Shown here one piece after another: positions 44,038-51,983 of a stretch of 59,799 bases of DNA (positions within the stretch are counted from its first letter, which is position 1; each line of letters opens with the position of its first letter). The DNA lies in contig CAYHEK010000001.1 of assembly GCA_964355545.1 (NCBI GenBank), positions 7,478-67,276 on the forward strand. Direction: 5' to 3'. The position numbers and the translations under genes were made by a program. This DNA comes from an uncultured Thermotogae bacterium (GTDB lineage Bacteria > Bipolaricaulota > Bipolaricaulia > UBA7950 > UBA9294). Under the pieces are notes generated by a model that worked only from the letters and a program-made list of their open reading frames with translations, was not told where the DNA came from and did no database searches.

Positions 44038-44664
44038 CTATCGCGCCACATCCTTCTTCTCGTCGGGAACGTCCACCGCCAGTTGGTCGCCCAAGAGGGT
44101 GAAGCGCTCGAGCCAATGTGCTGCGACGGCGTCTCCGGTCTTGGCGCGGGCCTGGAAAGCAAGGTACCCACCGCGGGCGATGCCGTAGTACAGGTTCTGC
44201 GCCGTCCACAGGTCTACGTCGAGCGCGACGGATCGCGGCCAGGACATGACGGAGATCAGGTCCTCAAGAAGTGCCGGATCATCCGGATCTGCGGCAAGCC
44301 GACGCATCCCGCTCCCCAGGCGGTGCGTCACCGCAAGGCTCAGTCCGGGCCGGTTGAGCGTGGCCCTCCACGCTTCGGCCTGCCGGATGGCCTCACGGAG
44401 ACGCTCAAGGTCAAGCGAAGAGGCCCCGATCGCCTTGCGGGCGTCGTCGTCCAGGATGACCGTGGCCAGGGCGAGGAGAGTCTTCGGCAACGGCGTGCCC
44501 GTCTCGCCGAGGAGACGCATCAGCGGATACTGGAGCGCATAGCGCCGCCGCCAGTCGGCTTCCAGGTCGGCGCCGCTCGATTCGGCCATTCGTTCCAAGA
44601 CTCTACGCTGCACCTCGCGGAAGAGAGAGAACCGTGTAGGCCGAGTTCTTGAAGTGATGATCAA
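44038..44664 (-). CDS. C-terminal part of a DUF3536-like region, separated from the GH57 gene
   Basis: 208-aa ORF starting at a TTG that overlaps the TGA of the preceding frame (gaTTGAtc). Helical, Trp/Arg-rich sequence of the kind normally fused to GH57 enzymes. Confidence 0.5.
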   Translation of the reverse strand: MIITSRTRPTRFSLFREVQRRVLERMAESSGADLEADWRRRYALQYPLMRLLGETGTPLPKTLLALATVILDDDARKAIGASSLDLERLREAIRQAEAWRATLNRPGLSLAVTHRLGSGMRRLAADPDDPALLEDLISVMSWPRSVALDVDLWTAQNLYYGIARGGYLAFQARAKTGDAVAAHWLERFTLLGDQLAVDVPDEKKDVAR

Positions 44665-44918
44665 TCAGTCTCATCGACTCGCGGAAGTCCAGAGCGGGTG
44701 AAAGCCTGCACCAACTCTCCTGCCAGAAGAGGATACTCCTCGTCGTTCCGCGCAGGGCGAGCGCCAACGACAAGGTTCACGTCTCCGGTATCGACGACGG
44801 CATAGAGAACTCCCATGGTCTCCTCCGTCGTGGGGAACGTCGCCTGCGCGCGGCCGACCGTCAGCCGAGCCCGCCCTGCGTCGCGCCGGACGCGCTCTAC
44901 GAAATCGATCGAGTGACC
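44661..44918 (-). pseudogene. 85 sense codons in frame with GH57 beyond its TAG stop (N-terminal part of the DUF3536-like region)
   Basis: Reading through the TAG at 44919-44921 gives GHSIDFVERV...MGVLYAVVDTGDVNLVVGARPARNDEEYPLLAGELVQAFTRSGLPRVDETD, then TGA at 44661-44663. Confidence 0.45.
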
Positions 44919-46493
44919 CTAGAAGAGCGTTCCGGTCTGCTCTGGCTCGCCCTCGGAGACGAGGGCACGGTGAGCCAGCATCTTGGGCAGGTCCGCGACG
45001 GCTGGACGAACGAAGTGCTCGAAGATCCTCCGCCCATTCCCGTTCTCGGGGACATTGCTCTGTGCACGCTCCAGGATGGCGAGGAAGCCGGCTTCGGAAC
45101 CTGGGCCAAAGAGCCCCTCGGCCAGCTGCATCGCGCGCCCAGCGTACTGAAGGATCTGAACCGTCTCCAGACCTGCGAGATCGTCGAAGAACCACCCACA
45201 GCTCGTGTACATGAGCATCGCGTGACGCTGCATCTCAAGAAGCTTGAGAGCTTCGACCCGCTCCGCGGGAGTCAGGGGATGGCTGGCGTGCGCTTGCAGG
45301 AACCCGTCCGTCCCTTCGCGAGTACGCTTCAGGATCACATCCACGTAGTTGTCGCGGGCACTCCAAGGATCCGCCAGCAGAGCTTGGCCGCGAGCCACGT
45401 ACTGAGAAACCAACACATCGCGCAGCCAGTCCATCGCCTGTCGCAAGGGGGCGCGCCACTCTTGATTCCAACCGGGATGCTTTCCCGAACTACATCCACA
45501 GTTGCTCCGCCACCGCTCGACGCCATGCGGGCAGCTCCACGAGCTGCCCTCCAGGATGGCCACCTCGTGGGTGGGAGGATGACGCTCGAGGGCTTCGGCG
45601 TAGTTGGTGACCCGGATCTGACTCCTCCTACCCAGCTGATCGAGCACGTAGGCGAGCGCCATGTCGCCGAAGCGGTGGTGATGGCCGTAGACTTCACCGT
45701 CCGTGGCAATGTGAACGAGCTGTGGGCGATCGGCCCGTCCTGAGAAGCCTCCGAGTAGCCGCTGCAGGAAGTTGTCTCCGCTGTCGAGAAGGCGCCCGAA
45801 AGAAACGTCCTGCGCGATCGCCTGGTCGTAGAAGAAGACCGCGAGGGTTCCGCCGGAAGGAAGGTGGACGACGTAGGGCATGGTCGTGTCGACGCGCCCG
45901 CCCGCGACATCGTGCCAGTCCCGCCCACCCTCGGACCGCACGCGGAGCGCCTGATGAGGTGCCAGAATCGTGAAGCGGATCCCTTGGGAGGCGAGAACTC
46001 CCAGCGTCTCGATGTCTACGGCAGTCTCGGGAAGCCACATTCCCTCAGGCTGGCGCCCGAACCGGTGCTCGAAGTCCCGGACCCCCCACCGGACCTGAGT
46101 CCTCTTGTCTGGCAGGTTGGCCAACGGGAGGATCATGTGACTGTACGCCTGTGCGATGGCCGATCCGTGCCCGGAGAAGCTGCGCTGGCTTTCCCGGTCC
46201 GCCCACAGGATCGCTTCGTATACCTGCGTCGCGTTTTGCTCGAGCCACGAGAGGAGGGTCGGGCCCATGTTGAAGCTGATCTTCGCGTAGTTGTTGACGA
46301 TTTGTTCGATGTGACCACGCCCATTCAGGATGCGGGAGGCCGTGTTCGCAGCGTAGCACTCCGCGTTGATGCGCTCGTTCCAGTCGTGGTAGGGGTAGGC
46401 GGAATCCTGAGGCTCAATCGCCTCCAGCCATGGGTTCTCTCGCGGGGGCTGGTAGAAGTGGCCGTGGATACAGACTGCACGTTCGGCAGTCAC
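44919..46493 (-). CDS. glycoside hydrolase family 57 catalytic domain protein
   Basis: GTG start overlaps the glgB stop (GTGA). [22 protein letters not shown] and YGHHH motifs of GH57. Confidence 0.85.
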   Translation of the reverse strand: MTAERAVCIHGHFYQPPRENPWLEAIEPQDSAYPYHDWNERINAECYAANTASRILNGRGHIEQIVNNYAKISFNMGPTLLSWLEQNATQVYEAILWADRESQRSFSGHGSAIAQAYSHMILPLANLPDKRTQVRWGVRDFEHRFGRQPEGMWLPETAVDIETLGVLASQGIRFTILAPHQALRVRSEGGRDWHDVAGGRVDTTMPYVVHLPSGGTLAVFFYDQAIAQDVSFGRLLDSGDNFLQRLLGGFSGRADRPQLVHIATDGEVYGHHHRFGDMALAYVLDQLGRRSQIRVTNYAEALERHPPTHEVAILEGSSWSCPHGVERWRSNCGCSSGKHPGWNQEWRAPLRQAMDWLRDVLVSQYVARGQALLADPWSARDNYVDVILKRTREGTDGFLQAHASHPLTPAERVEALKLLEMQRHAMLMYTSCGWFFDDLAGLETVQILQYAGRAMQLAEGLFGPGSEAGFLAILERAQSNVPENGNGRRIFEHFVRPAVADLPKMLAHRALVSEGEPEQTGTLF

Positions 46494-48502
46494 CGCGCCC
46501 GCTCAGGTCCGCCGTCTCGCGGTGCCGCCGGAGGAAACGTACCAGGCCGGGCATCGTGACTTTCAGCCGCTAAGCCCTGAGACGGAACGTCCTCCTCACG
46601 CAGGAACACGACCGCCAGGGGAGGAAGGGTCAGGGTGAGCGAATGGGGGCGGCCGTGGAACGGCTCCGCTTCCGAAAGAACCCCGCCGAGATTTCCCAGA
46701 CCCCTTCCCCAGTACTCCAGCGCGTCGCTGTTGAGGATCTCCCGCCAGAACCCCGGCCTGGGCACTCCGACTCGATAGCCGAAGCGCGGCACCGGTGTAA
46801 AGTTGCAGACAGCGACAAGGCGCTGCTTCTCCTCCCGTCCGTTGCGGATGAGGCTGACCACCCCGGCGTCCGCGTCGCTGGAGTCAATCCATTCGAACCC
46901 CGCGGGGTCCGTGTCGAGGGCGTGCAGTGCTTCCTCGCGGCGATAGAGGTGGTTGAGGTCTGTCACCCACTGCTGCAGCCTGCGATGAGGCTCCCATTCC
47001 AGGAGCTTCCAGGCGAGAGAGCCCTCGTGGGTCCACTCGTCCCACTGCCCAAATTCGCCGCCCATGAACAGGAGCTTCTTCCCAGGCTGTGCGTACATGT
47101 AGCCGAAAAGAAGACGGAGATTGGCGAACTTCTGCCAGTCGTCGCCGGGCATCTTCCTGATGAGTGACCCTTTGCCGTGCACGACCTCGTCGTGGGAGAG
47201 CGACAGGACGAAGTTCTCGTGAAAGGCATACAAAAGGCGGAACGTAAGGAGGTTATGCTGATACTTGCGGTGGATCGGGTCCTTCGCCATGTACTCGAGC
47301 ATGTCGTGCATCCAGCCCATGTCCCACTTCATGCCGAACCCCAATCCCCCAACGTGCGTGGGTCGGGAAACCATCGGCCAGGCCGTCGACTCTTCAGCGA
47401 CCATCTGCACTTCGGGGTAGGTCGCGTAGACGACCTCGTTCAAGCGCCGAAGGAAGGCGATGGCCTCAAGGTTTTCTCTCCCTCCATGCGAATTGGGGAT
47501 CCACTCGCCTTCCTTGCGTGAATAGTCGAGGTAGAGCATCGACGCCACGGCGTCCACTCGCAGACCGTCGATGTGATAGCGGTCGAACCAGAACAGAGCA
47601 CTGCTGATCAGGAAAGCAGGCACCTCAGACCGCCCATAGTTGAAGATAAAGCTGTCCCAGTCGGGATGGACGCCCTTCCGCGGATCGTCGTGTTCGTAGA
47701 GATGGGTCCCGTCAAAGAAACCAAGGCCATGCTCGTCCCGGGGAAAGTGCGAGGGAACCCAGTCCAGGATGACCCCGATCCCGCGCTGGTGCAGAGTGTC
47801 GATAAGGTACATCAGATCCTGCGGCGACCCGTAGCGACCGGTCGGTGCGAAGTAGCCGGTCACCTGATATCCCCAGGAACCGTAGAATGGGTGCTCCATC
47901 ACGGGCAGAAGCTCGACATGGGTGAAGCCCAGCCGCTCGACGTACTCAGCCAGGCGTGGAGCAAGCTCTCGATACGAAGGAAGTGACCGCTTGTCGCTGC
48001 CACTCTGCATCCACGAGCCCAGATGGACTTCGTAGACGGCGATCGGCGCGGCGAGCCCGTTGTGCGTGCCACGCTCCTCCATCCAGAGCTGATCGTGCCA
48101 TACATGCTCCAGGTTCCACACGATGGACCCGTTCGCCGGCGGGGCCTGCGAGGAGAACGCGAAAGGATCCGCCTTGTCGGCGTGGTACCCCGCGACTCTG
48201 GACTGGACGTGGTACTTGTACGTCGCTCCTGGGCCAACTCCGGGGACGAAGCCTTCCCAGACTCCCGAGTTGCCCCTCGCGCGGAGAGGATTCCCGAGCC
48301 GATCCCAGCCGTTGAAATCACCGATCACGGATACTCTTTCTGCATTCGGGGCCCAGACAGCAAAGCACGTCCCGCTCCGGCCGTTGTGCGTCATCGGGTG
48401 CGCCCCAAGCTTCTCGTAGAGCCGGTAGTGGGTTCCCTCTCCGAGCAAAAAGAGATCGTCATCCGTGAGAAGCGACCAAGCCAGTCGATCGCGCATACCC
48501 AT
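46490..48502 (-). CDS. glgB: 1,4-alpha-glucan branching enzyme
   Basis: CBM48 N-terminus ([20 protein letters not shown]) and GH13 regions [31 protein letters not shown]. Confidence 0.95.
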   Translation of the reverse strand: MGMRDRLAWSLLTDDDLFLLGEGTHYRLYEKLGAHPMTHNGRSGTCFAVWAPNAERVSVIGDFNGWDRLGNPLRARGNSGVWEGFVPGVGPGATYKYHVQSRVAGYHADKADPFAFSSQAPPANGSIVWNLEHVWHDQLWMEERGTHNGLAAPIAVYEVHLGSWMQSGSDKRSLPSYRELAPRLAEYVERLGFTHVELLPVMEHPFYGSWGYQVTGYFAPTGRYGSPQDLMYLIDTLHQRGIGVILDWVPSHFPRDEHGLGFFDGTHLYEHDDPRKGVHPDWDSFIFNYGRSEVPAFLISSALFWFDRYHIDGLRVDAVASMLYLDYSRKEGEWIPNSHGGRENLEAIAFLRRLNEVVYATYPEVQMVAEESTAWPMVSRPTHVGGLGFGMKWDMGWMHDMLEYMAKDPIHRKYQHNLLTFRLLYAFHENFVLSLSHDEVVHGKGSLIRKMPGDDWQKFANLRLLFGYMYAQPGKKLLFMGGEFGQWDEWTHEGSLAWKLLEWEPHRRLQQWVTDLNHLYRREEALHALDTDPAGFEWIDSSDADAGVVSLIRNGREEKQRLVAVCNFTPVPRFGYRVGVPRPGFWREILNSDALEYWGRGLGNLGGVLSEAEPFHGRPHSLTLTLPPLAVVFLREEDVPSQGLAAESHDARPGTFPPAAPRDGGPERAR

Positions 48503-48755
48503 CCTCCTGCCGGAAGGCCGCTCGCCAGGGCGCCCGCCTGGCAGCCTCCATCACCCTGCAACCTCGGTCCCTTGCTGGAGTGTACTGCCCTGGCAAGCCT
48601 CTTACAACGATGCCGCGGGTCGGTTCTCGACCTCACCGAACGAAACCAGGTGCGCCGGACCGAATTGACCGAGGCGTCACCGTGCGCTAAAAAGGTGGTG
48701 AGAAGGCGGGCCGTCCGTCGTCTCGCTGATCGGGAGGGGAGCAACCATTCCTGAT

Positions 48756-49997
48756 GTGTTGACCTTCGTTCTGGCGGGAGGAAGAGGTGAGCGCCTCTAT
48801 CCTCTAACCCGCGATCGCGCCAAGCCGGCCGTCCCCTTCGCCGGCCACTATCGAATCGTCGACTTCACGCTCTCCAACTGCATGCATTCTGGTTTGCGAA
48901 GGGTCTTCGTTCTAGTCCAGTACAAGTCGCTCTCCCTCGGGGAACACATCCGAGAGGGGTGGGATATCCTGCCCTCGGTGCTCGGTGAATCCGTGGAGAC
49001 AGTTGCTCCACAGCAGCGGATCTACACCGACTGGTACCTGGGGACGGCTGACGCGATCCACCAGAACTGGTACTGCGTAGAGAGGTACACCTCGGCTCAG
49101 GGACTGCCGTCCGCGATCCTCGTCCTTGCCGGCGACCACGTGTACAAGATGGACTACAGACCGATGCTCTCCTTCCACCAGACGAAATCCGCTGATGTGA
49201 CAGTAGCAGCCCTCCGCGTCTCTCGCGAGGAGACGCGCGCCAAGCTTGGAACTCTAGTCACCGACGTGGACCACCGAGTGATCGCCTTCGAGGAGAAGCC
49301 TCTGGAGCCCGTTGAGGTTCCCGATGCGCCGGGTTCATGCCTCGCGTCGATGGGCATCTACGCATTCCGGCCCAGCACGCTTCGCGAGGCGCTGTGCGAG
49401 GACGCGGGGAACTCCGAGTCCAGGCACGACTTCGGTAGGGACCTGCTGCCGGCCCTGGTCAAGACAGGGAGGGTGTACGCCTTCCCCTTCGAGCTCGGGA
49501 ACCGCAACCCTACCGTCTACTGGAGGGACGTGGGGACTCTGGATGCGTACTTCGCGGCGCACATGGACCTCGTCGGTGCCTCTCCCCGTCTTGACATCCA
49601 CGACCGAACGTGGCCGATCCTCACGGTCAGGAAACCTTGGGTACCAAGCCGCATAGCCTGCGTGGAGCCGGCGAGTCAGGTGACGATCGTCGATTCCCTT
49701 CTTTCTTCCGGCTGCAGTGTGTGCGGCGGAACGGTCATTCGATCGGTCCTTTCGCCCGGTGTGTACGTGGGCGACGGGACCACGGTCGAGGACTCGATCC
49801 TCCTGGACCAAGTCATCATCGGGAGCCACGCCCGCGTCCGCCGGGCCATCATCGACAAAGGGGTCTGCATTCCCGAGAGAGCGATGATCGGTTATGATCC
49901 CGGCGAGGATTCGCGACGTTACGTGGTGACAGAGGGGGGAATCACCGTGATCCCCAAGGTTGAGTTCGCGGCCGAAGGAGAGAAATGCCCGAGTTGA
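48756..49997 (+). CDS. glgC: glucose-1-phosphate adenylyltransferase
   Basis: LAGGRGERLYPLTRDRAKPAVPFAG, YLGTADA, and a C-terminal left-handed beta-helix. Confidence 0.93.
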   Translation: MLTFVLAGGRGERLYPLTRDRAKPAVPFAGHYRIVDFTLSNCMHSGLRRVFVLVQYKSLSLGEHIREGWDILPSVLGESVETVAPQQRIYTDWYLGTADAIHQNWYCVERYTSAQGLPSAILVLAGDHVYKMDYRPMLSFHQTKSADVTVAALRVSREETRAKLGTLVTDVDHRVIAFEEKPLEPVEVPDAPGSCLASMGIYAFRPSTLREALCEDAGNSESRHDFGRDLLPALVKTGRVYAFPFELGNRNPTVYWRDVGTLDAYFAAHMDLVGASPRLDIHDRTWPILTVRKPWVPSRIACVEPASQVTIVDSLLSSGCSVCGGTVIRSVLSPGVYVGDGTTVEDSILLDQVIIGSHARVRRAIIDKGVCIPERAMIGYDPGEDSRRYVVTEGGITVIPKVEFAAEGEKCPS

Positions 49998-51016
49998 GAC
50001 GCGGTCCCATCTGGGAGCACTGGGTCATCCTCGCTCCGGAACGGGCCAAACGCCCATCCGACTTTCGTACACCCGAACGTCCCGCCCTGAAGCAGGAAGC
50101 AGCCAGCTGTCCGTTCTGCCTCGGCAATGAGCACATGACCCCTCCCGAGATCAGTCGCATCGCCGGCCCGGACGGGAGCTGGAGGGTGCGAGTGGTGCCG
50201 AACAGATTCCCTGCACTCCAGGACTACCCGGAACTCGGACGAGAGGCGGTAGGGGGCTTCTTCGACCGCATGAAAGGCGAAGGGACCCACGAGGTCGTGA
50301 TCGAAACCCCGGAGCACGAAAAGGGGCTTCCGGACTTGCCCGACGAACAAGTCAAGGCGGTAGTCGACATGTACGCCAGTCGGCTGCGGGAGCTGATGCG
50401 GAACCACTGGTACCGGTACATTCTGCTGTTCAAGAACCATGGTCGTGAAGCGGGCGCCTCGCTCGCCCACGCTCATTCCCAGATCATCGCGACTCCCGTG
50501 GTCCCGCTGTCGGTTCGCGGCCGGTTGGAGAACGCGAGGATCTACTACGAGAGCAAGGAACGATGCCTGTTCTGCGACGTCGTTCTGGAGGAGATCCGTA
50601 ACGGGGAGCGCACCGTGGAAGAGGTCGACGGGTACGTGGTCACTGCCCCTTACGATTCGCGGTTCCCGTTTGAGTTGTTGATCTACCCCCGTCTGCACTC
50701 CCACGACTTCACCGCTATCACCGAGGTCCAGAAAGTCGGGTTGGCGCGCGCGCTGAAGCGGACTCTCCTGCGTCTGAGGACCCTGTTGGGCGACGTCCCC
50801 TACAACTTCGTCCTCCAGACCGCTCCCAACCCAATCCCAAGACCTGGGAAGCCAGGATACTGGGCGACCCTGCAGTACGACTATCATTGGATGATCGAGA
50901 TCATCCCCCGTCTGACCCAGGTCGCAGGGTTCGAGTGGGGAACGGGCTTTTACATCAACCCGATGCCGCCGGAGGACGCGGCGCGCCACCTGCGCGAGAC
51001 AGAGCTCCCAGAGTAG
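49985..51016 (+). CDS. GalT-type (HIT superfamily branch III) nucleotidyl transferase
   Basis: Overlaps the glgC stop by 13 nt. Zn motif CPFCLGNEH and active site HAHSQ. Two half-barrel repeats. Confidence 0.8.
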   Translation: MPELRRGPIWEHWVILAPERAKRPSDFRTPERPALKQEAASCPFCLGNEHMTPPEISRIAGPDGSWRVRVVPNRFPALQDYPELGREAVGGFFDRMKGEGTHEVVIETPEHEKGLPDLPDEQVKAVVDMYASRLRELMRNHWYRYILLFKNHGREAGASLAHAHSQIIATPVVPLSVRGRLENARIYYESKERCLFCDVVLEEIRNGERTVEEVDGYVVTAPYDSRFPFELLIYPRLHSHDFTAITEVQKVGLARALKRTLLRLRTLLGDVPYNFVLQTAPNPIPRPGKPGYWATLQYDYHWMIEIIPRLTQVAGFEWGTGFYINPMPPEDAARHLRETELPE

Positions 51017-51092
51017 AAGCAGGCGAGCGGGAGACGCGCCCCCTTGTTCAGGTGAGTCTGCTCTGACCCGCGGCGTACCGGCCCGCATGCAC

Positions 51093-51169
51093 CTCACTGC
51101 ACGTTGAGGGCTTCTAGTATCTCGGTCGTCGGCCACACAGCAGTTCGAAAGTCGTCCGCCAGACTCCAC
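51093..51169 (+). repeat. tRNA-3'-end-like repeat, copy B
   Basis: Gap-free alignment to 38096-38172 with most positions identical, including CAGTTCGAAAGTCGTCCGC and AGACTCCAC. Same orientation as tRNA-Ala. Confidence 0.6.
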
Positions 51170-51276
51170 TTCCGGCTCCGTTGGTAGAGGCAGCGGTTTC
51201 ACCTCCGGCGAAGGAGCCTCGTGGAGCGGATGGGCGGAGCCACTGTCGCGTTTCCTTTCTGTGTTCTTCACCTCCC

Positions 51277-51325
51277 TTGACAAGCGATTCTCTCCGGGCG
51301 AGAATATGAATGAACGTTCATTCAT
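51277..51325 (+). promoter_or_regulatory. TetR-operon promoter with a 20-bp perfect palindromic operator
   Basis: TTGACA (51277-51282), 17-nt spacer, GAGAAT (51300-51305), immediately followed by ATGAATGAACGTTCATTCAT (51306-51325). Confidence 0.6.
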
Positions 51326-51337
51326 GCGGAGGCGAGG

Positions 51338-51937
51338 ATGGCGAAAGATCCAGGCAAGGAGGAGTTGATCCGCGAGGCGGCGGTCCACGTCTTCTCGCGC
51401 AAGGGGTTCCACAAGGCGCGGGCGGAGGAGATCGCCGAGGAGGCCGGCGTCGCGGTGGGGACGATCTACAACTACTTCAAGAGCAAGGCGGACATTCTCC
51501 TTTCCATCTTCAAGGAGGAGTTTGAAGACCAGATGCGCTTCTACGAAGAGTTGCAGAAGAGCGCTCTCCCTGTGCCAGAGCAGATCCGCCGCATCCTTCA
51601 GGCGCACTTCTCCCTCCTCAACGAGCGGCAGGAGCTAGCGAAGGTCCTCGTCCAGGAGCGGTTCAACTGGAGCGGCGAGCTTGGGGAGAAGCTTGCAGAC
51701 CTCTATCGGGGAATGCTCGGCCGGATCGAGGCGCTCGTCCGCGAGGGAGTGGAGGAGGGTTGGGTGCGGTCGTGCAACCCGCGCATCACGGCGCTTGCCC
51801 TGTTTGCGATCGTGGAGTCGATCAGCACCTGCGGGATCATCTACCCTGAGGAGGAAGGGCATGGGCTCCTCCAGACGGCCCCCTCGGAGCTCGCCCGCCT
51901 TATCTGGGACGGGCTGAAGAAAGGGGAGAGCGCGTGA
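51338..51937 (+). CDS. TetR/AcrR family transcriptional regulator
   Basis: N-terminal HTH AAVHVFSRKGFHKARAEEIAEEAGVAVGTIYNYFKSK. Confidence 0.9.
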   Translation: MAKDPGKEELIREAAVHVFSRKGFHKARAEEIAEEAGVAVGTIYNYFKSKADILLSIFKEEFEDQMRFYEELQKSALPVPEQIRRILQAHFSLLNERQELAKVLVQERFNWSGELGEKLADLYRGMLGRIEALVREGVEEGWVRSCNPRITALALFAIVESISTCGIIYPEEEGHGLLQTAPSELARLIWDGLKKGESA

Positions 51938-51983
51938 CGACCGATTTCCTTTCCTTCTCTTGCCTTGAGAGGAGGCTCCTTCG

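Noticed and set aside
44671-45195. 174-aa minus-strand ORF spanning the GH57/DUF3536 junction
   Set aside because: It is an Arg-rich alternative frame overlapping the GH57 3' end. The protein-like reading in this interval is the GH57 frame continued past its TAG.
49919-51607. 562-aa minus-strand ORF, the longest unexplained ORF in the track
   Set aside because: It runs antisense to the well-supported GalT-type gene, across an intergenic region, and into the TetR gene. The translation is Arg/Pro/Gly-rich with no recognisable domain, which is typical of an antisense open frame in high-GC DNA.
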